This document shows, piece by piece, positions 30,005 through 39,576 of a stretch of DNA of 64,000 nt. The position numbers and the translations under genes are program-made. This DNA comes from Hyalangium minutum. GTDB lineage: Bacteria > Myxococcota > Myxococcia > Myxococcales > Myxococcaceae. Position 1 is the stretch's first letter; every line of letters begins with the position of its first letter. Location: the NCBI RefSeq assembly GCF_000737315.1, contig NZ_JMCB01000004.1:62001-126000 (forward strand), read 5' to 3'. The notes under the pieces are model-generated. The model searched no databases and was not told the DNA's origin. It was given only the letters and a program-made list of their open reading frames with translations.

Positions 30005-30625
30005 TCAGCGACGCTCGCGACGATCTCCCACCACTCTTGCGGGAACCCCCGCCACGATGGCCCACTCGGGCACGTCTCGCGTGACGATCGCCCCCATGCC
30101 CACCACCGCGTGGGCGCCAATCGTCACCCCGTCCGTGACGCCCGCGTTCGCGCCGATCCACACGTCCGCGCCCACCCGGATGCCTCGCGACGTCACCGGC
30201 TGCTCGCGCAGGGGCCGATCCGGATCCATCCCGTGGTTGAAGGCGTAGAGCGTGGCCCCCGTCGCGATGCGCGTCCCATCTCCAATGTGGATGCCCGCAG
30301 CGCCTCCATCGAGGCTCGCCCGCGCGTTGATGCTCACCTGTCGCCCCAGAGTCACCGGCCCGTGGACGAACACATCCGCCGCGATGCTCGAGCCTGGACC
30401 GATGACGAGCGTCCGCCCGGGCTCCGCGAACAGACGGGCCTCGGGCGCCACGAAGCAGCCCTCGGCGATCTGGATGGTCTCCAGCTCCATGAAGCGCGCC
30501 TGCACCTCGCGCTGCCACTCCTCAGCCCATTTCCGGTGCCGGGGCTTCAGCGAGAAGTACAGCCACGGCATCCACGAGAGTCGCTGCTTGTGCTGCTCCC
30601 GGCGGCGTGCGTCCAGGTCTTCCAC
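30005..30625 (-). CDS. Hexapeptide-repeat (left-handed beta-helix) acyltransferase
   Basis: IRVGADVWIGANAGVTDGVTIGAHAVVGMGAIVTRDVP...AGVPAR. Confidence 0.9.
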   Translation of the reverse strand: MEDLDARRREQHKQRLSWMPWLYFSLKPRHRKWAEEWQREVQARFMELETIQIAEGCFVAPEARLFAEPGRTLVIGPGSSIAADVFVHGPVTLGRQVSINARASLDGGAAGIHIGDGTRIATGATLYAFNHGMDPDRPLREQPVTSRGIRVGADVWIGANAGVTDGVTIGAHAVVGMGAIVTRDVPEWAIVAGVPARVVGDRRERR

Positions 30626-30647
30626 GAGCGTGCGAGCTCCTTGGGCC

Positions 30648-32432
30648 TCAGCGCCCGATCGCGAACGGCACCTGGATGGGGACTCTCGGGCGCAACGGAT
30701 CCGCGGGGAAGGTCACCTTGCTCATCTTCGCCTTCAAGCACTGAACCAGGCTGGGCGTGAGCGGCTTCGTGCCGGTGATCTCGATGTCGGAGAGCGAGCC
30801 TGAGGTCTCGACCTTGCTCACGATGGTCACCCGGGTGCCCAGGGGAATTCCCTCGGCATGCTCATCCACGCACTGCTTGAGCTTGCCAAGGTGAGGCGCC
30901 ATGGTCGCGTTGAGGTCCTCGGTCGTGAGTTGGCCCGGGACGCTCACCTTCTTAGAAGTGGGCTTCTTGGCCTTTCCCTTGGACGGAGACTTCGCAACCT
31001 CCGCAGGCTCCTCGGGAAGTGGCTTGGGTGGCTCGACCGCAGCCTGCGCGGCTTCGGGCGGATTGGCCACCGGTGGAGGGGGGGGCGTGGGAGCTGGCTG
31101 TGCGACCACAGGCTGCGCCACTGGCGGGGTCGTCACGATGCCCGGCGCTGGAGCCTCGGGCCGAGACCTCAAGTACCAAGCCGCTCCTCCTCCGAGGGCC
31201 AGCAGCAAGACCGCCGCGAAGGCTCCTACGGCTGCAGAGAGCCCGGTGCTCCGAGCAGGAGCCGTGCTCACCGGCGCAGGTGGGCTCACCAGGGCGGGCG
31301 CGCTGACGGGCGCCGTCACCACGGGGATGCCGTGGGGATCCGACGGCCGGATCAGTGTCTTTTCCAGCCCTACTAGATCCGTCTGCAGCGGGCGGCGGAC
31401 CTCTGGCTCGGCGGACGGCAGGATCGCCGCCAGCTCCGTGAGCGAGGGCACCTTCGTCTTCTGCTCGACGTGGGACGCGCCGAACAGGTTCTGCATGTAG
31501 TGCGCGAGCTGCGATGTACCCGGCACCGAAGGCGTCACCCGCAGGAACTCTTCCAGGTCCGCCCGCATCTCCGCAGCGCTCGCGTAGCGATCCTCGGGGC
31601 GGCGCTCCAGCGCCTTCATCACGATCCGATCCAGCGCTGGCGGCACGTCCGGACGCCGCTCGCTCGGTGGCGGAATGGGCTGCGCCATCAGCGCCAGCAG
31701 CACGCCGATCTCGTTGTCCTTCTCGAACACGCGGCGCACCGTGAGCAGCTCGTAGAAGGTGACGCCCAGCGAGAACAGATCGCTGCGGGCATCGATCTGC
31801 TCACCCCGGGCCTGCTCGGGGGACATGTAGCCCCACTTGCCCTTGAGCAGCCCCGGCTGCGTCTGCGTCATCCGCGACGAGGCCTTGGCGATGCCGAAGT
31901 CCAGCACCTTCACCATTCCCTGGAAGGTGACGAAGATGTTCGAGGGGGAGATGTCTCGGTGCACCAGCCCCAGCGGCTGGCCCTGCTCCTGGTAGCTGTG
32001 GGCGAACTCCAGACCCTCCAGCGCGGAGAGGATGATGCGAGCGGCGATGGCGATGGGCACGCCCTCACCCCGGGCGTGCGACGCGGTGATGACCGCGTCC
32101 AGGTCCTCGCCCGCCAGGTACTCCATGCAGATGTAGTAACGGTTGTCCGCCACCCCCAGATCCGAGATCTGCACGATGTTCGGGTGGTGCAGCCGCGCCG
32201 CCAGCCGCGCCTCGTCCAGGAACATGGAGACGAAGTCCCGCGACTGGGTGAAGTGATCCAGCATGCACTTGATCACCACGTCGCGCTCGAAGCCCTCGGC
32301 GCCCAGTTGCTTGGCGAGGAAGATCTCCGCCATGCCGCCCTCGGCGAGCTTGCGCAGCAGCACGTAGTTGCCGAAGCGGCGGGGCGTGGTGACCGGCCGT
32401 GTCAGGGGGATCACCGCGGGGGGGGAGCTCAT
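30648..32432 (-). CDS. Membrane Ser/Thr protein kinase with extracytoplasmic AgmX/PglI (TonB_C-like) domain
   Basis: GGMAEIF, VVIK, HRDISPSN, DFG, YMSPEQ all intact; TM; C-terminal LKQC...LVQCL; TAATG overlap with FecR gene. Confidence 0.9.
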   Translation of the reverse strand: MSSPPAVIPLTRPVTTPRRFGNYVLLRKLAEGGMAEIFLAKQLGAEGFERDVVIKCMLDHFTQSRDFVSMFLDEARLAARLHHPNIVQISDLGVADNRYYICMEYLAGEDLDAVITASHARGEGVPIAIAARIILSALEGLEFAHSYQEQGQPLGLVHRDISPSNIFVTFQGMVKVLDFGIAKASSRMTQTQPGLLKGKWGYMSPEQARGEQIDARSDLFSLGVTFYELLTVRRVFEKDNEIGVLLALMAQPIPPPSERRPDVPPALDRIVMKALERRPEDRYASAAEMRADLEEFLRVTPSVPGTSQLAHYMQNLFGASHVEQKTKVPSLTELAAILPSAEPEVRRPLQTDLVGLEKTLIRPSDPHGIPVVTAPVSAPALVSPPAPVSTAPARSTGLSAAVGAFAAVLLLALGGGAAWYLRSRPEAPAPGIVTTPPVAQPVVAQPAPTPPPPPVANPPEAAQAAVEPPKPLPEEPAEVAKSPSKGKAKKPTSKKVSVPGQLTTEDLNATMAPHLGKLKQCVDEHAEGIPLGTRVTIVSKVETSGSLSDIEITGTKPLTPSLVQCLKAKMSKVTFPADPLRPRVPIQVPFAIGR

Positions 32433-34345
32433 TACCGGGGACTCCGAAGGGTACGGACCCAGTATGCCTCGCTTTGCCCCGAGACGAGACGGAACACCAG
32501 GGTATCCGCTGCGGGCACACGCTGGGAGAAGCGGCCCTTGGCGTCGAGTGCGACAGCCTGGCCGTTGAGGAAGAGCCGCGAGCCCACGGGCACCACGCCC
32601 TCCACCGGCACTTCGCCTTTGCCTCGCTTCTCTCCCGGGCGGGGGCGGCTGAGGGCCAAACCCCGGCGCTCATTGTCGTACACCAGCTCAAGCTTGTTCA
32701 TCCGGCCGCCTGCCAGCTCGTCTCCCCCCGGGCCGAGCGCCGCCACGTACCAGAGATAGCGCCCTTCGGAGAGCGAGCCCGGATCCAACGTGTACTGGGT
32801 CTTGTTCGTCACCCGCTGGAGGATCGGCGTCTTCATGTCCGAGGCTCGGTAAAGACGCAGTTGGTAGGAGCGGGCGCCCTCGCGCGGCGAGAACGTGAAG
32901 TGCAGCGCCGGAGCCGCGCTCTGGAAGAGGACGCGGGCGTTGAGGCCCGTCTCCATCACCTCGGCCTTGGGGCTCTCGGTGGTGAGTGAGGAGCGTCCGC
33001 GATCGGGCTCGAAGCGCGCCGAGCCCTGCGTGCGCACCGCCCCGTCCTCCCCCAGGAAGCGCCAGTGCAGCTCGCCTCGGGCCGGTGGTTCTACGCGCAC
33101 CCAGTCTGCTCCCACGCGCCCCACCAGCAGCGGCTTGCTGAACGAGGGATCCGGAGACACCTCCACCCGCAGGGGTCCTTTCGCGCCGGAAGGAACCTGG
33201 ATCCCCGCCCCAGGCGTCCCGTCCGAGAACACCCGCGTCTTGAGGTCCGCTGGCAGCACGAGCGCCGGGGCGGGCTCGCGCGAAGCCTGCGTCGCCGCCG
33301 CAGCCCGGTTCACCTTCTCTCCGGCTTGGACCACCGTGGACTTCCCATCGGCCAGCAGCTCGGCCTTGCCTGTGAGCACCTGCACGGTGGATCCAGCTTC
33401 GGGCGCGCTCACGGCGATGGTGCTCTGCTCGGAGACCTTGAGCTCCACCGGCCCCCGGCCATCGCTGAGCTTCAGCGTGTGCTTCCCCGCGCCGAACTGG
33501 AGCCGTGCCGAGCCCCGGCTGAGCTGCAGCGCGTAGGTCCGCTGCTCGCCCTCGCGCGACGCCTCCTGGAACGTCCCTGCCGAGTCTCCCGCGAGGTTCA
33601 CCTGCAAGTCGTTGGAGACCAGCCGGGCGCTGGACTTCGCGGGAATCTCGAACGCCGAGCCGGGACCCAGCTCCTGGGACTGCTCCGGGCCGAGTTCCGT
33701 GAAGGCGGACTCCTGCGCGCCCTTGACGCGGGCCTTGCCGTCCTGAGGCTCCAGCTTGAAGACGATCAGCTCCGCGCGCACCACTGGCACAGGGACCTGT
33801 TTCGGCTCGCGCACGTCGAACACGATCTCCTTGCCCACCACCATTGGCACCGACTGCCCATCCGTGTCGATGACGCGGATGTCGCCGAACTGGACCGTCA
33901 GCTTGGGCTGTGGGGCCCGGAGGTCGAACACGATGGTGGATGCGGTGACCATCTCCGCCCGGCCGAAGGAACCCGTGACGGTGAGCCCTCCGCCGCCCTC
34001 CTTGGGAGCGCTGGAGACGACGCGGCCCGCTTGGACTTCCACCGTGAGCGCCCCAGGGCCGCCGTTGATGCGGAAGCGGCTGTTCTCGCCCACGTCCAGC
34101 TCGGCGCCGTTGATGTACCGCACGCGCGCGGTGCTGCCCTGGCTCGTGACGATCGTCTCGCCGGGGTACAGGGGCTCGTTCGCCTGGGCGGGCCGAGCCG
34201 CCGCGTCCTGCTGCACCGTCACCTGTCCCTGCACCTGGGTGAGCGTCGCGATCTGCGGCGCAGAGGGCGGGGTGGGCTTCTTGTCACACCCCTCGCATCC
34301 CCAGAGGAGCAGGAGCAGCGGAAGCGTGAGGGAGAGGGCTCGCAA
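32432..34345 (-). CDS. Lipoprotein with tandem FecR-like domains and C-terminal Ig-like domains
   Basis: TTG start, lipobox LWG-C; GQVTVQ...LYPGETIVTSQGSTARV...LDVGENSRF; second FecR-like unit. Confidence 0.78.
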   Translation of the reverse strand: MRALSLTLPLLLLLWGCEGCDKKPTPPSAPQIATLTQVQGQVTVQQDAAARPAQANEPLYPGETIVTSQGSTARVRYINGAELDVGENSRFRINGGPGALTVEVQAGRVVSSAPKEGGGGLTVTGSFGRAEMVTASTIVFDLRAPQPKLTVQFGDIRVIDTDGQSVPMVVGKEIVFDVREPKQVPVPVVRAELIVFKLEPQDGKARVKGAQESAFTELGPEQSQELGPGSAFEIPAKSSARLVSNDLQVNLAGDSAGTFQEASREGEQRTYALQLSRGSARLQFGAGKHTLKLSDGRGPVELKVSEQSTIAVSAPEAGSTVQVLTGKAELLADGKSTVVQAGEKVNRAAAATQASREPAPALVLPADLKTRVFSDGTPGAGIQVPSGAKGPLRVEVSPDPSFSKPLLVGRVGADWVRVEPPARGELHWRFLGEDGAVRTQGSARFEPDRGRSSLTTESPKAEVMETGLNARVLFQSAAPALHFTFSPREGARSYQLRLYRASDMKTPILQRVTNKTQYTLDPGSLSEGRYLWYVAALGPGGDELAGGRMNKLELVYDNERRGLALSRPRPGEKRGKGEVPVEGVVPVGSRLFLNGQAVALDAKGRFSQRVPAADTLVFRLVSGQSEAYWVRTLRSPR

Positions 34346-34348
34346 GGA

Positions 34349-35179
34349 TCAATTCTCCTGCGGTGACAGGTCCACGTAGAACAGCGCCTGGTCTCCAGCG
34401 CCCACGTCCACGGTCTTGGCCTGCGAGAGATAGCCAGGGGCCTCGAAGGTGACGCGGTAGCGTCCGGCCGGCAAGCGCAGCTCGAAGTCCCCCGAGGGCT
34501 TGGTGCGCGCCTTGAGCTTCGCCTCGGGGATGCGGAGGGTGGCCGAGACAGGACGCCCCAGCGTGGAGCGGACGCGCCCACGCATCCACGCGCGGATCTC
34601 CTCGCCCTTCTGCATGAGGACCTCGACCGACGTCTCCCCATGCGACGGGACGACCACCAGCTCTTCTTTGGGTCGCACGCCTCCGCCCGCAAGCTTCAGC
34701 GCGACGGGACCCGGCCCGGCCTCCGGCACCACGAAGAGGCCCGTCGAGTCGCTCTTGGCCACCACGCGCTCGCCGATCATCACCTCGACCTCTGGGACAG
34801 GGACCTTCGTGCCATCGCGGCCCTCCTCGCGCAGGACGCGGCCCTTCACCACTCCAGGGCCGGGGATGCGCTCGAGCGGCAGGAACACACTGGCCTGTCC
34901 ACCGGCGGGCAGCACCACCTGGCGCTCCACCTGCTGATAGCCCTCCGCCGAGGCGCGCACGGCCACGGGCCCGGAGGCCAGTCCGTCCATGCGGAACGCA
35001 CCGCTGGCGTCGGCCCTGGCGTCCTTGCCGCCCACCTGGACGCGCGGGCTCTTCAGCGGGAGCGAGGCCTGCGGACGCAGGGTGATCCACACCGTCCCTG
35101 TCTCCTCGGCCGCGGGAGGATCGGCCAGCGCCACGCTGCTCAGCAGCAGGAGCACTCCTATCGTCAGGCACCGGGTCAT
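34349..35179 (-). CDS. Secreted carboxypeptidase-regulatory-like (transthyretin-fold) repeat protein
   Basis: ATGA overlap; signal MTRCLTIGVLLLLSSVALA; three units ending ASAEGYQ / LAGGGVR / FEAPGYL. Confidence 0.8.
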   Translation of the reverse strand: MTRCLTIGVLLLLSSVALADPPAAEETGTVWITLRPQASLPLKSPRVQVGGKDARADASGAFRMDGLASGPVAVRASAEGYQQVERQVVLPAGGQASVFLPLERIPGPGVVKGRVLREEGRDGTKVPVPEVEVMIGERVVAKSDSTGLFVVPEAGPGPVALKLAGGGVRPKEELVVVPSHGETSVEVLMQKGEEIRAWMRGRVRSTLGRPVSATLRIPEAKLKARTKPSGDFELRLPAGRYRVTFEAPGYLSQAKTVDVGAGDQALFYVDLSPQEN

Positions 35180-36624
35180 GGCGACGGGCCCCCGCCGAAC
35201 ACGAACTGGTACCCGGCCGCCAGGGTCAGGCCGCCCAGGTTCCCGCTCACGCTGTTGCGCCCAGGTGCATAGGTCCACTCGAGCTGGCCACAGAGGCGGC
35301 CAGGGCCCACGCTCCACGCGGCGCCGCCTCCCACGGACATGGCGGGCCCCACCGAGCGGAGCTCCTCCTTCACCGACTCGCTTCCCGGGAACTGAAACTC
35401 CACCGGGCCGCTCGCGGCCAGCAAGCCCACGGACGCGTCCGCGAAGAGCACCCCGCGCGTCAGGAACGGATGACTCCACCGCCCGCCCGCCCGGATGCCC
35501 AGGCCACCGAGGGTGAACGTCTTCGTCACGGTGTCGCCGCTGGAGGTGGTTCGCTCCTCGGTCACCTCTTTGTTCTTCTTGAGCTCCACCAGCACCAGCG
35601 CCTCCCACGGCCGCTGCGCCAGCCTCAGCGCTCCCTCCACCCGGAGGCCCGCGCCGTTCGCGCGCGCGGTGTTGCTCTGGCCGAACAAGAAGAAGCCTGC
35701 GGTGCGCTGCCACGGTGTCCACGGAGAGCCCGAGGCCAGAGGCCCTGTGCCGGCGCCACCCGGCTGACCGTTTCCGGTGCCAGGTCTCCCCGCCGAGGCC
35801 ACGGGCGCCGCCACCGGCTCGAGCGGCAGCGTGAAGGCGCGCTCCGTCTCCTCGATGGGCGCGGCGGAGATGTGCACCGGAGCGCCCGGCGCCGGGGCGG
35901 TATAGGGCAGCTCGAAGGTGCCGCCCTCCTTCGGCGAGATGGGGCCGAGCGTCCCGCGATCCACGGTGATGGCCAGAGGAGGGATGGCGGCGGCCGGGTT
36001 GCCGCTCTCGTCCACGACGAAGCCCTGCAGCGATACGGGCTTGCCCTGAACGGGCGGATCCAGCGCCACGAGCCGGATGCGGGCGAACGTCGGCTCGGGG
36101 AGGGCCACTGTCTGCGTGCGTGCGCGGCCCGAGCGCTCGGTGGCGGTCACCTCGGCGCTCGTTACCCCAGGCGGCACCTTCACCGGCACGGAGACCTCGC
36201 CGCTGGCCGAGGCCGTGACGGGCCCATAGGAGGCAGCCCCCACGAGGACCTTCACGCGCGAGCGCGGAGCCACGCGGACGCGCAGGAGGTGGTTGCCATG
36301 GACGGGCAGGGCGAGCCACGCCCCGGAGTTGCTGGCGCCGCGTTTCACGGTGGCATGGAACAGGGCCACCTGTGGGCCCTCCTGCCCGGCGGGCTGGTAG
36401 GTGGCGCGAAAGGTGCCGTCCTCGGCGGCGACAGGCTCGGTGACAGATCCTGCGTTGACGGTCAGGGACACCTGGACATCGCGCAGGGGCTTGCCCGTGT
36501 CATCGAGCGCACTGAGCTCGATCCGGGCACTGTCCCCGGAGGTGACGAAGGCCTTGTCGGAACGCAGCGCGACAGCCTGACTCGTGAGGGTCAGGACCAG
36601 GAGAGTGAGGGGCGCTGCTACCAT
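35176..36624 (-). CDS. Secreted Ig-like (invasin-type) protein with C-terminal small outer-membrane beta-barrel; paralog of 4949-6886
   Basis: Signal peptide; DGTFRATY; LVGAASYGPVTA...VPVKVPPG aligns by eye with IAGKTYGPAQA...LPVIVPPG; C-terminal alternating strands. Confidence 0.72.
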   Translation of the reverse strand: MVAAPLTLLVLTLTSQAVALRSDKAFVTSGDSARIELSALDDTGKPLRDVQVSLTVNAGSVTEPVAAEDGTFRATYQPAGQEGPQVALFHATVKRGASNSGAWLALPVHGNHLLRVRVAPRSRVKVLVGAASYGPVTASASGEVSVPVKVPPGVTSAEVTATERSGRARTQTVALPEPTFARIRLVALDPPVQGKPVSLQGFVVDESGNPAAAIPPLAITVDRGTLGPISPKEGGTFELPYTAPAPGAPVHISAAPIEETERAFTLPLEPVAAPVASAGRPGTGNGQPGGAGTGPLASGSPWTPWQRTAGFFLFGQSNTARANGAGLRVEGALRLAQRPWEALVLVELKKNKEVTEERTTSSGDTVTKTFTLGGLGIRAGGRWSHPFLTRGVLFADASVGLLAASGPVEFQFPGSESVKEELRSVGPAMSVGGGAAWSVGPGRLCGQLEWTYAPGRNSVSGNLGGLTLAAGYQFVFGGGPSP

Positions 36625-38519
36625 GGTGCCTGGCGGTCAATCCTTTCGCGCTGCCGCAGTCTACGCGAACGCTCCCAGGGGCGCGACGCCGCGAGGAGGA
36701 GAACGAGCCAGCTCACGAGGTGGCCCGGCAGCGTGGCAGGCTGGCTGCCGCACCCGACGTTCACGTCCCTGTCTCCCACGTGGAGGGTGACGCTCTTCTC
36801 CGGAGTGAGCGGGATGCCATTCTCCCGCGTGTACAAGGCCGTGAGACGCATGGACTGGTCCTGCTGCGCCGAGGCCTGGGCGGTGATGCGCACCGTCAGC
36901 GTCTTGCCCGGCTCCAGCGGGAGCTCGGCGGCGTTGTCCTGGAGGGTGAGGGGCGTTCCATCCACCTCGGCTTTGACCTTCGTGAGGCCCTCGGTGGACA
37001 GGTCCAGCACGCCCTGGGGGACGGGCTCCGAGCTCTTGTTCTCGAGCTTCACCTCGAACTCCACCTGGGCGCCCGGCTTCGCCAGCGCGCTGTCCTCCTT
37101 GGAGCGGAGGGAGAGTTCCACGAGGGGATCGCTGCACTTCGGTTGGATGTGCAGCTCGAAGAGCTCACCGAGGATGGGGGTGCCGTCAAAGGCAGGCCGG
37201 ACGACCAGCCGCTGCGAGAGGTCAGCGGGGCAGCCCGCCAGCGCCACCGAGGCCTTCCACACGCCGGGGGACGGCTGGGAGACGGGGCCGACGAACAGCG
37301 GCTGGTCGGCGGTGAAGCTGAACAGCTTCTCCGAGGGCGCCAGCGGCTGGTTGCACGTGTCCTTCAGCTCGAATTGGAGGAGCAGTTGATCGATGTAGGA
37401 GGTGAGCGTGGGCTCCGGGTAGAGCTTCCCCACGTACGAGAGGCTCGAGTGCTGCGGGCTCGGCAGCCGCTTCCAGGTGATGGTGAGATCGCCTACAGGC
37501 TCCCCCTCGTGGAGGACGAAGGGAACGTCCACGTCGTCGGTGCTGATCCACGTCACGGACTGGGCGCTGCCTTGCAGGATCCGGACAGCGCAGTCCGAGT
37601 CGCGGGTGTCTCCTGCCTGGGTGGGGACGAGGCTCACCGCGCTGCCGACGGGCCGGCACAGTCTCACGGTGGCTGGCTCCGGGGAGGGCTGGCCCTGGTC
37701 ATTCACCACCTGCAGGGTGAACGTCGTCGATTCGCACGTCCCCACGAGCTTGCGCGTGGGCACCACCGAGACCTTGGGGTACAGCACCGGGAGGGTGGAG
37801 CTCTGCGCGTTGAGGTTCGCTTGCGCGACATCCTGGATCGTCAGCTGGTAGTTGCCCGGCGCCGGGAACGTGAGGGTGAAGGTCCTCTCTCCGTTGTCCC
37901 GCAGGGGCTCGAAGTTGCTCTCCAGCGGCAGCTCGGGGATGGAGAGGTTGGAGGAGAGGATAAACCGGCCCGCGTACCCGACGGCCTTGTTGTTGAACTC
38001 GTCGTAGGCCTTCACCTTCACCTGGGCGGTGTTCCCGGGGCGCAGCGTGGTGGGCACGGCCGTGAACTCCAGGCGGGCCGTGTAGCCAATCACCACCGAG
38101 ATGGGCCGGGACGCGCCCGGATTGAGGCCCAGCACCCCGTCGGTCGCGATGAGCATCACGCGTCCCAGAGTCGAGGCCTTGTAGTACACCCTCTTTCCGA
38201 TGGAGCCGAAGGGGATGAGGGTCTCGGTGATCGGGGCTTGGAGGCACCCCGGCAGATCGTGGAAGGTGCCCAAGGGCTGGTTTTGACCCAGCGAGACGTT
38301 GACGGCGTACCCCAGGTTGACCCCCATGCCCGCCAAGGTCTGCGTCTGCACGGTGACAGCGATGCACTCGTTCTGCTTGATCTCCAGCGGTGGGCCGTCG
38401 AAGCCCAGCTTCCAATCGGAGAGCGGCAGAAGCTGCGGCGAGGGCGTGGCCGCCACCAGCAGGGGCGCGAGCAGCAGCAGGGTGCGCATGCGGAGCCAGC
38501 GGCTCTGGGGGTGGTTCAT
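36618..38519 (-). CDS. Secreted Ig-like/DUF11-like surface protein with MYXO-CTERM-like tail (alternative start 38489)
   Basis: Signal MRTLLLLAPLLVAA; VEFEVKLENKS domain; tail VGCGSQPATLPGHLVSWLVLLLAASRPWERSRR. Confidence 0.7.
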   Translation of the reverse strand: MNHPQSRWLRMRTLLLLAPLLVAATPSPQLLPLSDWKLGFDGPPLEIKQNECIAVTVQTQTLAGMGVNLGYAVNVSLGQNQPLGTFHDLPGCLQAPITETLIPFGSIGKRVYYKASTLGRVMLIATDGVLGLNPGASRPISVVIGYTARLEFTAVPTTLRPGNTAQVKVKAYDEFNNKAVGYAGRFILSSNLSIPELPLESNFEPLRDNGERTFTLTFPAPGNYQLTIQDVAQANLNAQSSTLPVLYPKVSVVPTRKLVGTCESTTFTLQVVNDQGQPSPEPATVRLCRPVGSAVSLVPTQAGDTRDSDCAVRILQGSAQSVTWISTDDVDVPFVLHEGEPVGDLTITWKRLPSPQHSSLSYVGKLYPEPTLTSYIDQLLLQFELKDTCNQPLAPSEKLFSFTADQPLFVGPVSQPSPGVWKASVALAGCPADLSQRLVVRPAFDGTPILGELFELHIQPKCSDPLVELSLRSKEDSALAKPGAQVEFEVKLENKSSEPVPQGVLDLSTEGLTKVKAEVDGTPLTLQDNAAELPLEPGKTLTVRITAQASAQQDQSMRLTALYTRENGIPLTPEKSVTLHVGDRDVNVGCGSQPATLPGHLVSWLVLLLAASRPWERSRRLRQRERIDRQAPW

Positions 38520-38644
38520 CGTCCCCCGATATTAGAGATGCGTGCACAATTGTTGCAATAATGCGCTGTGGGTGTGGGCGCGGGAGGCCTCGCTCGGTGC
38601 TGGCCGTGGAGGGCCGCAGGGCTTATTGAGACAGGGAGATCCCC

Positions 38645-38848
38645 ATGCCGTCCCCTCAATGTCCCATCTGCCAGAAGCCCGTGGCTCCGCGCGCGGAGAA
38701 CCCTTCCTATCCGTTCTGCTCCCGGAGGTGCCGGGCGGTGGACCTGGGCCGCTGGCTGGGCGAGGAGTACCGCATGCCCGAGCAGCGGGGGGACGAGCGG
38801 GAGGATGAGCTGCCGCCCGACCACCCCGAGCGGGGGAGCGACGCGTGA
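38645..38848 (+). CDS. yacG: DNA gyrase inhibitor YacG
   Basis: CPICQKP...YPFCSRRCRAVDLGRWLGEEYRMP. Confidence 0.93.
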   Translation: MPSPQCPICQKPVAPRAENPSYPFCSRRCRAVDLGRWLGEEYRMPEQRGDEREDELPPDHPERGSDA

Positions 38849-39576
38849 GCGGGTGGGTGGATCTGCACTGCCACCTGCTGCCGGGCGTGGATGACGGGGC
38901 GAGGACGTTCGAGGACAGCCTGGAGATGGCGCGGGCGCTGGTGGACCTGGGCTTCTCCACGGTGGCCCCGAGTCCCCACGCGCGGCCCGAGTACGCACCG
39001 GCCGAGCTCGTGGACCAGCGGCGCTCCGAGCTGCGCGCGGCCCTGGCGCGCGAGGGGATTCCGCTGACGCTCGGGCGCAACGCGGAGAACGTGCTGGACG
39101 AGGCCTTCCTTCGGAGCCTGGGCACTCCGGCGGCGCGCATGCTGGGAGAGGGCCGGTACGTGCTGGTGGAGCTGCCGTACACCACGCCCGTGCCAGCGCT
39201 GCTGGACATCCTCTTCCGCATCCGGACCCAGGGGGTGACGCCTGTGCTTGCCCACCCGGAGCGCTGCCTGGAGTTCGAGCGCAAGGGCCGCGCGGCGGAG
39301 GCGGTGCGGTGCGGCGCGCTGCTGCAGCTGGACGTGGGGGCGCTCACCGGGCGCTACGGGGGGACGGCGAAGAAGCTGGCGCGCGAGTTCCTGGAGCAGG
39401 GGCTGTACGGGCTGGGCGCCACGGACCTGCACTCGCCCGTGGGGGCGAGGGATTGGCTGGGCCGGGCGTTCACGGAGCTGCGCGCGAGGGCAGGGGAGCA
39501 GGCCTTCGGCCGCCTCATGAGGGACCACCCTGCACGTCTGCTGGCCGGTGAAGCCCTGGAGTCCGAGGGGGAGTGA
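38845..39576 (+). CDS. PHP-family tyrosine-protein phosphatase (CpsB/YwqE)
   Basis: DLHCHLLPGVDDGA, SPH, LAHPERC, ATDLH. Confidence 0.92.
   Translation: MSGWVDLHCHLLPGVDDGARTFEDSLEMARALVDLGFSTVAPSPHARPEYAPAELVDQRRSELRAALAREGIPLTLGRNAENVLDEAFLRSLGTPAARMLGEGRYVLVELPYTTPVPALLDILFRIRTQGVTPVLAHPERCLEFERKGRAAEAVRCGALLQLDVGALTGRYGGTAKKLAREFLEQGLYGLGATDLHSPVGARDWLGRAFTELRARAGEQAFGRLMRDHPARLLAGEALESEGE

Noticed and set aside
32418-32425. G8 run near the kinase start (also C9 at 52242-52250 in phaA) as phase-variation tracts
   Set aside because: Both frames are intact, and such runs are expected at ~70% GC.
38540-38565. AT-rich near-palindrome TGCACAATTGTTGCAATAAT between divergent genes
   Set aside because: Single occurrence; likely part of an ordinary promoter and not assignable to a factor.
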